Positions 46,621 to 56,746 of a stretch of 64,000 nucleotides of DNA are shown piece after piece (positions within the stretch are counted from its first letter, which is position 1; each line of letters starts with the position of its first letter). Source of the DNA: a virus; IMG/VR virus record IMGVR_UViG_3300022225_001767; one strand, 5' to 3'. The notes below the pieces were generated by a model, which was given only the letters and a program-made list of their open reading frames with translations, searched no databases and was not told the origin of the DNA. The position numbers and the translations under genes were made by a program.

Positions 46621-47082
46621 TCAACTTATTTTCTTTCTTGCTAAAGCATAAAGTAAAGCGTGTTCTGATTTCTCGCAAGGGCGATGTGCGAATTCTCTCC
46701 ACTCATTGTCTTGTGCTGCATGAAAGTTTGGCCACCAATTTCCTAATGGCCCATGACGCATGGTGATACTTCTCCCTTTATACTCAAGTAACCCCCACCC
46801 CTTAGGCAGGTCTTCCTCTTGCAACAACCCTTCAGGCGCCAAATAAAAACGGTAGGTACCAACGCCCCCCTCTGCCCTTTCTGGTTTGCGCTGGTCTGCC
46901 ATAAAGTCAGCGCGACTCACTTTGACCTCAACAAGCACTGCGCACTGCTGTCTGAAGCCAATTGCATCAACACGCTCTCGACACCCTGCACCGGAGACAT
47001 TTTTGTCGGAGACCGGGAACCCATTTCGCTTTAGCCAGGCTACGGCCTTCGCGCATAACTTCTCGTGTAATTCGCTTGGCAT
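46621..47082 (-). CDS. PD-(D/E)xK (MmcB-like) nuclease-fold protein
   Basis: VDAIGF...LVEVKVSRADFMAD..K...G..RFYLAPEGLL..EDLPKGWGLL. Confidence 0.7.
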   Translation of the reverse strand: MPSELHEKLCAKAVAWLKRNGFPVSDKNVSGAGCRERVDAIGFRQQCAVLVEVKVSRADFMADQRKPERAEGGVGTYRFYLAPEGLLQEEDLPKGWGLLEYKGRSITMRHGPLGNWWPNFHAAQDNEWREFAHRPCEKSEHALLYALARKKIS

Positions 47083-47100
47083 AACACTTCCCAATAAACG

Positions 47101-47460
47101 TTAAATGAATTCAAATACATCAGTGAAAGGAACAACGTGACGTATTCTCCGCCAAGGCTTTAATGTCCTTGTCGCGTTATCTATAGGTTTACAATGAAGG
47201 CTCAGGTCCGTTCGTATTACGTTTCGCTTCAGATTGAAGGTGGGTGTTGAACTTTTGGCTTTCACTTCAATAAAGAGGCGGTCACTGAAAGCCTTAATAG
47301 AGCACCGCAAATCTTTATTGCTCTGACTGACAATGTGAACTCGTTTGAATTTTAGGTTCGTGGTGTCCAACTTAGCCCAGTATGCCATTGATACATTGGG
47401 TGAAGCTGCGCAGAGCATGAATGCGACAAGCCGAAGGGTAATGCTAATGCTAATGCTCAT
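47101..47460 (-). CDS. Secreted hypothetical protein
   Basis: Signal-like N-terminus; ATGA overlap. Confidence 0.5.
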   Translation of the reverse strand: MSISISITLRLVAFMLCAASPNVSMAYWAKLDTTNLKFKRVHIVSQSNKDLRCSIKAFSDRLFIEVKAKSSTPTFNLKRNVIRTDLSLHCKPIDNATRTLKPWRRIRHVVPFTDVFEFI

Positions 47461-47786
47461 GCATTACCTTCCGCTGTTGATTTTCCGCCTTTCTCACCCA
47501 ACATGCTATTCACATTGTTGAGAAATCCAGTTAAATCTTTCGTCAATATGTCGCTACCAATGGTAGGCGATAGCGCTTTTCTAATGTTCACGTATTGCGT
47601 CAGCATACCTTTCAGTTCATAAAGACACTCACGGTTCACCGGCTCGTTGTCAATCGCTTTCACTTTCACCATGACCGCGTGGTAATATTTCGCCAAAGAT
47701 TTACCTTCGACAAATAGCTTTTGGCGAAGCATTTGATTCGATTTAGTCACTTCCTGACGGGCTGTTTTTCTTAGATAAGGGTCCAT
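47457..47786 (-). CDS. Hypothetical protein
   Basis: First gene after a motif promoter. Confidence 0.6.
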   Translation of the reverse strand: MDPYLRKTARQEVTKSNQMLRQKLFVEGKSLAKYYHAVMVKVKAIDNEPVNRECLYELKGMLTQYVNIRKALSPTIGSDILTKDLTGFLNNVNSMLGEKGGKSTAEGNA

Positions 47787-47806
47787 TTTCAAACTCTTTC
47801 CCACTT

Positions 47807-47851
47807 GTGTTGACGTGTATTAATAATAGCAAAAATACGCACGAGAATCAA
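47807..47851 (-). promoter_or_regulatory. sigma70 promoter with GTCAACAC leader motif
   Basis: TTGATT-17-TATTAT-8-GTCAACAC(47814-47807). Confidence 0.7.
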
Positions 47852-47863
47852 CTTTTTATGGTT

Positions 47864-47890
47864 AGGCAGCCAACTAAGGCTGCCTTTTTT
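47864..47890. terminator. Intrinsic terminator
   Basis: AGGCAGCC-AACTAA-GGCTGCCT-TTTTT. Confidence 0.75.
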
Positions 47891-47893
47891 TTG

Positions 47894-48979
47894 CTATATG
47901 TTAGGTACGCTATGTTCCTGTGCCCACTCTATTGCACGATGGCAAATCCAATCTGCGTAGCTTAATTTTGTGTCACCATTAGCCACTTCGGTTGACCAAT
48001 CCGAACGAGACCAATACAAGTGCTCAGCAGGGCTTTCTCCCTTCCCGAGCGCATGAACCATATCCGACACTTTAACTTCTACCTGCGCGGCGGTTAATGA
48101 TGACGCCAACATGGACAGTATACGGTAAAGTCCTGGGGACACGTCTTTAAGCGACTTGATTTCAACATCATCTAACGCTGGCAGATCACGCACACCTATA
48201 AGTCTAGGCAACCCTTTTTGTTCCGCTACCGCGTATGCATCCTGTCGGCGCAAGGTCAATGCTTCATGAATATGGTTTTCCCAATGCTCGGGACCATAAG
48301 GCGAACCCGAATAAAACGCGCCACCACGATGTTTTACGATAAACATGGCGTCAAGATATTGCTCAGTAGCATGCGGCACGTGAAATCCATATTGATTCAC
48401 GTCACACCATGACTCTGAGACCTCATCAAACACACTGCTTTTCTTGTTATCCTTAGGCGGCTCATTTATTGAAAACGTACTGTTTTTCTCAATATCAAAT
48501 AACGTCGCGGTAAACACATTGTCTTCGACATTCAAGGTCAACGCATAACCACCGTAGTAAAGAGAAACGTTGCTTGGTGAACGGTATTGAACAGAAGGTG
48601 GCGACATGTGACTAGGATCTACATCGCAAATCATCAATGTCGGTTCATTCTCCCGCATAACACGCAACTGGTAACGTGCTTCTTCAAACTCATCTTCAAG
48701 ATAAATCTCAACATGAACATTTTGGCTTACGCCACTATCGGTCAGCGATAACGTAGAACTTGTCATCTTGTACCACGCATCATCTAAACGATTCGCTAAC
48801 TGCTCCGAACCTGACAACATAAATACATCAGCTAAACGGTGTTCGGCTTTTCTGCCCTTCAATGGCGGGAAATTGTAATTCGCGTGTAAGTTTTTGTGGT
48901 GGGCGTGTAGCGCTGCTGTTAGCCCGCTCGGGGTGAAAATTTGATAAATATTCATCATTGCTCCAATCTGTGAGATCAT
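47894..48979 (-). CDS. Hypothetical protein
   Basis: 361-aa ORF; start uncertain. Confidence 0.7.
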   Translation of the reverse strand: MISQIGAMMNIYQIFTPSGLTAALHAHHKNLHANYNFPPLKGRKAEHRLADVFMLSGSEQLANRLDDAWYKMTSSTLSLTDSGVSQNVHVEIYLEDEFEEARYQLRVMRENEPTLMICDVDPSHMSPPSVQYRSPSNVSLYYGGYALTLNVEDNVFTATLFDIEKNSTFSINEPPKDNKKSSVFDEVSESWCDVNQYGFHVPHATEQYLDAMFIVKHRGGAFYSGSPYGPEHWENHIHEALTLRRQDAYAVAEQKGLPRLIGVRDLPALDDVEIKSLKDVSPGLYRILSMLASSLTAAQVEVKVSDMVHALGKGESPAEHLYWSRSDWSTEVANGDTKLSYADWICHRAIEWAQEHSVPNI

Positions 48980-49190
48980 AACATTGTGTGTGCTGGTTCA
49001 CATTCGATCCCACTAATCAGTTAATGATGTTTGGAATGTTCAGTGTTTTTGTATTACTCGGCTATGACCGCAAAATATCTGCGCAGCACCATGGGTAGCC
49101 ACCCCCCTCGCGTTGACTGTCTTTCAAATCGAACGCTTTACAGGATGACTACATATTAACACACACTGACAAAAAAACAACTATATTTTA

Positions 49191-50297
49191 TCATTCTGCC
49201 ACAGTGACATTGTCGACATGCCCCATGAAATCACAATTGTAATTAGGCTTGATAATTTTGTTCACATACCCCCCTTTACGATCACTTAATAAGAGATCTT
49301 CATAAACCTCTGTTGGCACATTGTGGTACATATAAACACGATCTTTAAGCAGCAAGTATAAGTTCGCATTGTCATATCGGTACCCATGCACCCAACCCGA
49401 GTCAGTAATTGGCAAGAAGTCTGCTGGCAACTCTGGTTTCTTGACCACCAAGTCTAATAATGCAAGCAGCACTTCTCTTGGTGGGCGATTTTGGGGAAGG
49501 TTACCAAAACCTTGCGCTTCTAGAATGGTGTATCGGCTAAACTCAATGCCATAGCGCGGTTTCCCGTTTTCAAAAAGCCCTATGACTGAGCTTTCACTGT
49601 TCGCTACTTTTCGTGAGTACGAGCCGTTACCAATACAAAAGCTTAGCGCCTCACCAAGATCAATCATATCATAGTGCGTTTCAGGCACCCTTATGACCAA
49701 GCCCTCAGTGAGTTCTTTTTTATCTAACTGAACAACGTCCTCTCTTTGATTAAGAGGGAAGTTTTCTTGGCTCACCTTAGGCAGGGTCCTCACAGCAGCA
49801 TCATGGACCATGGTTAATGACTTAGGCTTTTTCGGCAAATACTTGATATCAGACCGGCGTTCGTAAATGTTAAACATCATATCCATTGTGTCACGAAGGC
49901 TGACTAACGGTGCCTCTGTAAGCAGTTTGAATATACGATCATCATTGTAATAGCGACGTAAAAGGGTGATGTCTTTTACTCGTAATGACTTTGCTTCATC
50001 CAGGGGTATGTCGCATTTACACAGTGTATGCAGCTGAATGAGTTTATCGATGCTAAACTTTGCTCGGTAAAGCGGTGTCGCTATCAATAGGTGGCTTAGA
50101 GTATGAGGGTTATTTGTTACACTCCGAACAAAACGACGCATGCCTTTCGTGATATTGTCCACACCAGGGAACACCATATCCACGATGCTATCAATTACTT
50201 CTTCTCCTTTTTCATCCAGCAAAGTAAGCTGAGTTATCCATTTGCTAGACAGGTCAAGATAATGTTCCGATATGTAATCACGCAATGCACTTTTCAT
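49191..50297 (-). CDS. PcfJ-domain protein with C-terminal KTSC domain
   Basis: PETHYDMIDLGEALSFCIG..Y (PcfJ); DSGWVHGYRYD...YMYHNVPTEVYEDLLLSDRKGGYVNKIIKPNY (KTSC). Confidence 0.75.
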   Translation of the reverse strand: MKSALRDYISEHYLDLSSKWITQLTLLDEKGEEVIDSIVDMVFPGVDNITKGMRRFVRSVTNNPHTLSHLLIATPLYRAKFSIDKLIQLHTLCKCDIPLDEAKSLRVKDITLLRRYYNDDRIFKLLTEAPLVSLRDTMDMMFNIYERRSDIKYLPKKPKSLTMVHDAAVRTLPKVSQENFPLNQREDVVQLDKKELTEGLVIRVPETHYDMIDLGEALSFCIGNGSYSRKVANSESSVIGLFENGKPRYGIEFSRYTILEAQGFGNLPQNRPPREVLLALLDLVVKKPELPADFLPITDSGWVHGYRYDNANLYLLLKDRVYMYHNVPTEVYEDLLLSDRKGGYVNKIIKPNYNCDFMGHVDNVTVAE

Positions 50298-50453
50298 AAA
50301 ACGACGCCCTCTTTTTGCATGACTTATTTTAACATTGCTAACCCACATTCTCAACAAAATATCACCACTAGTAAGGAATATTTATTCTGTTTTTTTATTG
50401 TATTTTGTGCAGGGTTAGGTATAATGAAACAACTCTAATTTAGGAGATTAAAC

Positions 50454-50996
50454 ATGCACCAACCTAAGCTTCTCATCATAGGTGAGGCACGACATGGCAA
50501 AGACGAATTAATGCAATATCTTGCCAAAAACTACGGCTACCTTGGATGGTCAAGCTCTTATTTTGCAGCCTGCCATTTTATGGTGGAGAGGATGAGAGAA
50601 CGCACTGGCATCATTTATGACAGCGTTGAAGACTGTTATGCTGATCGCCAGTCGCCAGAGCATCGTCAAATATGGTTTGAAGAAATTGAGCGCTTTAATG
50701 ACCCAGACAGAACGAAAATGGCGAATACAATGCTAAGTCAGCGTCCGGTTTACAATGGCATGCGTTCTGACAAAGAGTTTTACGCCAACCAAGCGGCAGG
50801 TACGTTTGATTTTGTCCTTTACATTGATGCAAAAGAGCGACTTATTCGTGAAGGTACATACGTGCCAGATAAAACGCTTAAAATCCCAAAATCAGCAGCG
50901 GATGGTGTTTTGTACAATAATGGCACGCTTGCGGAATTTCACCGCAAAGGGGATGCATTGATGAGAATGATGGGGATACCTCGAATCACGAGCTAG
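50454..50996 (+). CDS. Deoxynucleoside monophosphate kinase-like P-loop protein (phage type)
   Basis: IIGEARHGKD, GMRSDKE, YNNGTLAEF. Confidence 0.6.
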   Translation: MHQPKLLIIGEARHGKDELMQYLAKNYGYLGWSSSYFAACHFMVERMRERTGIIYDSVEDCYADRQSPEHRQIWFEEIERFNDPDRTKMANTMLSQRPVYNGMRSDKEFYANQAAGTFDFVLYIDAKERLIREGTYVPDKTLKIPKSAADGVLYNNGTLAEFHRKGDALMRMMGIPRITS

Positions 50997-51156
50997 CCTC
51001 ACCAACAGGAACATTCATTTTCTTGTTATTAGATGGCGTCACATCGTTTAGCACTATCAGCTCAATGATATCGACGCCATGATCTCGTGCGGCGTCCAGC
51101 AAAGATGCTCCGCCTCTTACGCTGCGCAGAGCTATTTCCAACTGTTCCATAAACAT
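50986..51156 (-). CDS. Small HTH-like protein
   Basis: ALRSVRGGASLLDAARDHGV. Confidence 0.45.
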   Translation of the reverse strand: MFMEQLEIALRSVRGGASLLDAARDHGVDIIELIVLNDVTPSNNKKMNVPVGEASS

Positions 51157-51229
51157 GTCCTTGTAATATGATTTCACTATGTTGCCTAAAATGTTATCAC
51201 ATTTTCACCAACACCCTATAACAAAAATA

Positions 51230-51272
51230 TTGACAACCCTCACAAAAAGCGAGATAATAACATTGTCAACAC
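51230..51272 (+). promoter_or_regulatory. sigma70 promoter with GTCAACAC leader motif
   Basis: TTGACA-17-GATAAT-6-GTCAACAC(51265-51272). Confidence 0.8.
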
Positions 51273-51288
51273 ACACCAAGGTGAAACT

Positions 51289-51540
51289 ATGCCAAACACA
51301 ACACCAAACCAACCTGAAAACGATGGTCAAAACGCATTTATTACTGCAATGGGGCGTGACGTAGAATCAGAAACTGATGTAGGTGAGATAGAAAACCAAA
51401 TGATCAGCGCGGTTCAATCTATTGACCAGCCAACGATTGTTGCTGCTCTGCGAAAGGCTGGGCTCAATCGCGACGCAGAGCTTATCGAGCTTTTGCACTC
51501 ACTGTCGAACGCTCACGACTATGCCGTTTCCAACACGTAA
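51289..51540 (+). CDS. Hypothetical protein
   Basis: 83 aa, RBS. Confidence 0.6.
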   Translation: MPNTTPNQPENDGQNAFITAMGRDVESETDVGEIENQMISAVQSIDQPTIVAALRKAGLNRDAELIELLHSLSNAHDYAVSNT

Positions 51541-51545
51541 CATCT

Positions 51546-51591
51546 TTGACTCCCTGATCACAAATTACTATCATCTCTACAACGTCAACAC
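51546..51591 (+). promoter_or_regulatory. sigma70 promoter with GTCAACAC leader motif
   Basis: TTGACT-17-TATCAT-9-GTCAACAC(51584-51591), AAGGAG. Confidence 0.8.
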
Positions 51592-51605
51592 CAAAGGAGC
51601 TTGAC

Positions 51606-51803
51606 ATGGACAAGAGCAAACACGTAAACATCACCGCCATTGAGCGACGCACCGGTCTAAAATTAGCCTCAACCACCGTATTTCATCCTGATTTTATTGA
51701 ACAAAAGAAAACCTTCTTGATCGAGGAAGTTGCGAATAATTTCCAACTACGCGCGGATCAGATCACACTTAGCACAGATGAAACTATGGATCTTGCTGCA
51801 TAA
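51606..51803 (+). CDS. Hypothetical protein
   Basis: 65 aa, strong RBS. Confidence 0.6.
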   Translation: MDKSKHVNITAIERRTGLKLASTTVFHPDFIEQKKTFLIEEVANNFQLRADQITLSTDETMDLAA

Positions 51804-51892
51804 TCGTTACACGACAGTCACTATACGGTTATTAACGAAAGAAGGAGACTTAAGTTATATAGTCTCCTTCTTTCTGTCACTCTCTATACCGC

Positions 51893-52384
51893 TTACGTTC
51901 GGCGTACGGAGTCGTGCAGCGTGATAAATCCCATCACTTTACAGCCTTCCTTTGCGAGCACCTTAATGTCGAACGTACGTTCAACGCCTGACTCTTCCTC
52001 TCGCACGTCAACGACCCTCTCGTCATCATCATAACTGGACACGCGAAAAGCGTCTCCGTCAACAATGAGAACCGCAGCATCAGGCATAATGTCACCTAAG
52101 TGTTTTTCATTCAACCGTTGTTCTGCAAGCAGCGCCATATCATCAAAACTGACATCGTCGCCAGCGACGCCGATCGCATGCATTATCTCTTCACTGCTTA
52201 ACTCCATCACCACCGGTGACTTTCCACTTGATGATGCAAGTCTATTGACGACCTCATCAAATGCCTCTCTGTCCATCATAGCACCATCATCAGGGTCCGT
52301 GGTCGCAACAATGACGCCATTAATCATCACAACGCTAGCATTGTCATAGTGAACGACGATGGGAGTGTATGTGTTATTTTGCAT
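51893..52384 (-). CDS. Hypothetical acidic protein
   Basis: Leader has variant motif GTCAACAT (52409-52402) then AGAGG. Confidence 0.7.
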   Translation of the reverse strand: MQNNTYTPIVVHYDNASVVMINGVIVATTDPDDGAMMDREAFDEVVNRLASSSGKSPVVMELSSEEIMHAIGVAGDDVSFDDMALLAEQRLNEKHLGDIMPDAAVLIVDGDAFRVSSYDDDERVVDVREEESGVERTFDIKVLAKEGCKVMGFITLHDSVRRT

Positions 52385-52471
52385 TTTCTGTTTCCTCTTT
52401 TATGTTGACGGAAACAATAATACTAAATCACATCATGACAGACTACAGACTATAAGTAGCATTTTACTTTT

Positions 52472-52774
52472 TTACTGATGCTCACCGGCCTGCCATTTGC
52501 CGCCCTCAAAAGTCACGAGGTAACGATAGGCAACATCGTCGATATTATGTGGCAACATCTCGTATTCGTGAAGTCTATCCCCAGGTGTGTACGTTATCCC
52601 TAGAAAACGTGCCACAAAAAGTCCTATCTCAGAGCCAGACCATAAAATATTTGCTTCGCAAACAGCCCTGTCTAAATCTTTCATCACGGTATCGGGATCA
52701 CCATCATGACCACGACGCAAGTAAAACACAACACCGTTCTCATCTTTTATCTCAACAACTGCACTCGTACTCAT
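52472..52774 (-). CDS. Hypothetical protein
   Basis: MST.A......HDGDP pattern, RBS. Confidence 0.65.
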   Translation of the reverse strand: MSTSAVVEIKDENGVVFYLRRGHDGDPDTVMKDLDRAVCEANILWSGSEIGLFVARFLGITYTPGDRLHEYEMLPHNIDDVAYRYLVTFEGGKWQAGEHQ

Positions 52775-52851
52775 AATCCCTCGCTACAAATAGCATTTAC
52801 AAAATGTGATAACATCCATTCGATTCTATCACAATAAATCACGAGCTACCT

Positions 52852-54750
52852 ATGCGCCTTCTAAAAAATGCTCTTTTATCATCAGCGCTCGCGCTATCCA
52901 TGGCTAATGCCGATGGCGCCGAGCTAAACCATGCAGCCATGTCTCTTTCAGAACCTGCTCACGGCATCGTTTTGTCTGGTGGCACCTCACTCCCACCACT
53001 ACCAGACGATGTTACATCCTATGCCAGTATCAACAATCCTGATACACCACTGACATTTGAGCAAATTAAAAACAATCTGCCGGGGGTGTTTTTCAATATG
53101 GCAGATGGTGAACCTCGACCGGAAACGCTGGTTATCATTCACAAACAGGAAGACCTTCCTGTGACGGGAGGCGCGGGAGATGCTGACAAAATACGCGATT
53201 TTCTTTGGGAACAACCAGGGTTAAAAGCGCTGATGGGGTCACGAACTGCATTACGTGATTATATTGACAACACTACGTCAGTTATTAAACCTAAAGGAAG
53301 CTACTCTGAATTCAACCCTATCATCGCCATACCCTACTCCGCAGCTCGTCTAAGAATCCCTGAGACGGGCAATGTTATTAATATGATGAACTTGTCTAAT
53401 GAGTCAGGCCTTCATCATCATGTCGCTGGGGTACCAAGCTATACCTCTTTGTCGTCGCCAGCACAATCATACCACCGACATTTCAGGCACGCTCACGAGT
53501 TTGCACATACGCATCTCAACACAGAAAAAAACCTTACCCGTGGATTTAACCCTCTTGCAAGCCTTGAACTTGAAAACTATGCGGATGGCTATGGCTTATT
53601 AGACACGCTGTGCAAAATGTACAGCAACGGCATATCAAAGAAGGAGAGGGATGACCTCACCACATCCATTATTGAGCTTCGTAATACGGGAGGCTTAATA
53701 ACGTTGCGCAGCGACAGCGAAAACGCATATCATACACACGATGCGGATATCACTATTCTCGCGACCACCACGTTGTTTAATGACAACCCAGATGTATTTG
53801 TTGCAATGAGTGACAAAGCGCGTATGTCAGTGGCTGATGACCTCGCTCAAGAAGTGGTTAACATAGCAAGGCAAGACTACAAAAAAGGCAATCGCACCGC
53901 ATTTTTAAGCCTCACTGCCAGTGAGCGTGAAGACTTGGCTAAACAGGCGGTGGCGACGATAGCGGAAAAATATAACCTTGTCATCACCTCCACACCGACA
54001 ATGCCTGATATTATGCAAGAATCGATTGTCACACTCGACAACCTCGGTTTCACACATTTGACGTCACATAACCCTAACAATCCTGCCGATCCGGGGCGGG
54101 TTCACTATCGAAAAGGCGACCAGGAGCAGCCCTATATGCTGGTGGAAAATCACCTGATTAATGACAGTGGCAACGTTATGACATCATTGGAGATTGCCCA
54201 CGATAGCCAAACCCTGCATAACACTATTGTTGATGCCAATGCGGGCGGTGAGTTACCTAAAGAAAGAAAGGCGTTCGAGAAGCACATTCGAGATGCATTT
54301 GTCGCACAAGGGCTCGCCGCACCCTCAATTATGATTGATAAATCTATTGAAGGTCATGTTCATGCAACGCTCACTATGCCGGCCACATTTGATGACGCTT
54401 CCGCATTACCCCGTATGGCTGAGGCGCTTAAACATATCAGCAAACATCCTGATATCACCCCCTCAATATCCCCCACTGCAAGCCCGTTAACGATGCGCTT
54501 ATTGGATAATGGAAGGCATATTGATAGCAGTATACTTAATGACCCCGAATTGCTATCAGAAGCAGCCCGCGTTCTTTTCCCTGACGATAAACAAATCACC
54601 TTCGTGCAACCCGACAAAGGTGCGCCAGAGCCCGCGTCAAGTCGTATGCCTGGGCCTCCATTGTTTTTGATTAATGAGGCGAAAGAGCTACGCAATGAAT
54701 GGCTTGATGAGAAACGAGAGCTTATTGACAAGATGCGCCCGCGACCCTAG
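52852..54750 (+). CDS. Secreted HExxH metallopeptidase-like protein
   Basis: Signal peptide; HEFAH...ELENYAD; similar to 62183-64000. Confidence 0.7.
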   Translation: MRLLKNALLSSALALSMANADGAELNHAAMSLSEPAHGIVLSGGTSLPPLPDDVTSYASINNPDTPLTFEQIKNNLPGVFFNMADGEPRPETLVIIHKQEDLPVTGGAGDADKIRDFLWEQPGLKALMGSRTALRDYIDNTTSVIKPKGSYSEFNPIIAIPYSAARLRIPETGNVINMMNLSNESGLHHHVAGVPSYTSLSSPAQSYHRHFRHAHEFAHTHLNTEKNLTRGFNPLASLELENYADGYGLLDTLCKMYSNGISKKERDDLTTSIIELRNTGGLITLRSDSENAYHTHDADITILATTTLFNDNPDVFVAMSDKARMSVADDLAQEVVNIARQDYKKGNRTAFLSLTASEREDLAKQAVATIAEKYNLVITSTPTMPDIMQESIVTLDNLGFTHLTSHNPNNPADPGRVHYRKGDQEQPYMLVENHLINDSGNVMTSLEIAHDSQTLHNTIVDANAGGELPKERKAFEKHIRDAFVAQGLAAPSIMIDKSIEGHVHATLTMPATFDDASALPRMAEALKHISKHPDITPSISPTASPLTMRLLDNGRHIDSSILNDPELLSEAARVLFPDDKQITFVQPDKGAPEPASSRMPGPPLFLINEAKELRNEWLDEKRELIDKMRPRP

Positions 54751-54820
54751 TTTAATCATTGTCAACCAAAGCAAATATTGATACAATTTAATCTTGGTTT
54801 AGTGTATTGATTATGAGTAA

Positions 54821-55462
54821 ATGACATTCACCGAAAAGGCCATCTCTGCTTTTGCATCACAACGCTTTCAGTGCTTGTGGTGTGACCAACATACACTCCG
54901 CCTTATCAATGACGATTCAGCGCTGGTGGGAATATTGAGAGTGCACACCTCTACAGAGTACATGGAGGTGGTTAACGCAGCGACGATCGGGGGAAGGGCC
55001 GGACTCGGACACATTCTTTACGCCGCCGCTCTTGTTGTCGCCAAACAACACGGCAAAAAACTTCGCGCAGACAGCGAAACTGTTATTGGCCACAGCGTCT
55101 CATTATGGCGAAAAATATGGGACGATGCAGCCATACCACGACAACCACTGCCGTTTGAAATGCAGCAGCACGAATACAACCTTGAGCTCTATGAGGATTT
55201 ACTGTGGACCAACCCCTCACTGTCTTTGAGTGACGATTGGTTAGATTGGGACAACGATAAGATTAACAATAAAATCTCATCACAACACCTCACGCCTCAC
55301 GTGTTTAACATTGGCTTTGAAGCTTCATCGCAACTTTTAGGCGCCTTTTCAAGTGTTATAGAGGAGAGTGCTATGAGTGCAGAAGATCAAGAGTTGGTGC
55401 GTGCGTTCTGGGAGCATCGGTTTGGCGTGGGAGAGTATCACGAGGAAAGTGTGTCTGAATAA
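54821..55462 (+). CDS. GNAT-fold acetyltransferase-like protein
   Basis: GRAGLGHILYAAAL...LRADSET....VSLWRKI resembles GNAT motif A/B. Confidence 0.5.
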   Translation: MTFTEKAISAFASQRFQCLWCDQHTLRLINDDSALVGILRVHTSTEYMEVVNAATIGGRAGLGHILYAAALVVAKQHGKKLRADSETVIGHSVSLWRKIWDDAAIPRQPLPFEMQQHEYNLELYEDLLWTNPSLSLSDDWLDWDNDKINNKISSQHLTPHVFNIGFEASSQLLGAFSSVIEESAMSAEDQELVRAFWEHRFGVGEYHEESVSE

Positions 55463-55867
55463 GGCAAGCGGCATCAGTATTATAAGAGTAGAAAGCAGAG
55501 TGAACTTTCCTCTGACTAAGTCAGCTCTTTTATCGTAATTGGGATAACCGAATGACTTAACAGCGTGTTGAAACTCACTTTTACCCAACTTTATTTTTTA
55601 CTCGACTTTTTCCTATGTCGACTTACGGCGTTTAGATAAATCGAGATCTGCAACTCTTTCGTACCTAAGTTGCCTCAACTCTACGTGTTCACTACAAATT
55701 TCCTGACATAGTGCATCTGCTAATTCAACGATTGAATTAATATCAACATCTAACCCCTTTTCACCTCTGGATAAAGCGCAAGCATAATCGTCCTGTCAGA
55801 CGAAAAGCCGTTTGGTGTCGCCTTTCAATAGTCGATTATGCGGGTTTTCAAACTCACCTGATTTTTC

Positions 55868-56059
55868 CTATTTAGCGTTTTTACTAGCTTTTAACCTTTT
55901 CGACTCGCATAATTCACCAATAAGTAACCCAGCGAATATCATCATCCCCAAAACCCAATTGTAAAACAGAGATTGGCTTCCCCCATGCGAATATTCAGCT
56001 ACGACTAACGACGCGAAAACACATGTAAACATGCCGTAAACTTCTTTTCTCCCAAACAT
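55868..56059 (-). CDS. Small membrane protein
   Basis: Two TM segments; AT-rich segment. Confidence 0.4.
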   Translation of the reverse strand: MFGRKEVYGMFTCVFASLVVAEYSHGGSQSLFYNWVLGMMIFAGLLIGELCESKRLKASKNAK

Positions 56060-56067
56060 TATATTTC

Positions 56068-56361
56068 CTATACCTCAGAAAAACATTTATCTTCTATCCA
56101 CGCCCAAGCGTATAGGAGGGGGAGAAGAGTAATTATTAAAGCAAAGGACGCAGCTAAAAACACTCGAACTAATGCCACGAAGCGACTGGCTTCTAGTAAT
56201 TCGAATCCTAAGATCTTGTTGGTCGGTTGTAAGGGGAAGTAGTCGTACACTGCTATAAATGTTGATGCCAAAATGTATACTGATACGCTCACTACACATA
56301 ATCTAAGCGCATTTTGATATTTATTTTCTGTAACAATATTTCCCATCATATTTCCATGCAT
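56068..56361 (-). CDS. Small membrane protein
   Basis: Two TM segments; AT-rich segment. Confidence 0.45.
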   Translation of the reverse strand: MHGNMMGNIVTENKYQNALRLCVVSVSVYILASTFIAVYDYFPLQPTNKILGFELLEASRFVALVRVFLAASFALIITLLPLLYAWAWIEDKCFSEV

Positions 56362-56746
56362 GGCTATTATTCACTTCAATACACTTAAGAAATCAGAGAT
56401 TGCCCAATTATATTTTCTGTGTATTCGCCTATCAAATATGCCTGATTGGAATTTAACATATCATGATAGGAAAATCAATTTCCCATGGGGATGGCCAAAA
56501 AACCACCATCGCGTTGGAAACCTTATTTTTCAATCGGTAATAGGAAACGTTTGATGTGAGTGCGAATCTATATTACTCATTATGACACTTTAATACTTAG
56601 TATGAGACTTTATTACTCTCCGACATTTGGACGTTCAGAGTAGATGATGAACTTGCCCCTGCACACCATCTCGTGTAAAATTTAAACTAAGTGATGGTTA
56701 CCAACCCAACAATAGTGTTTATCTAAGCTCAAAAAAGGATTTTTGG

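Noticed and set aside
55463-55860. Additional gene in the AT-rich segment
   Set aside because: The best minus-strand frame (about 60 codons) has an in-frame stop just upstream and no clear start; at most a remnant, too weak to call
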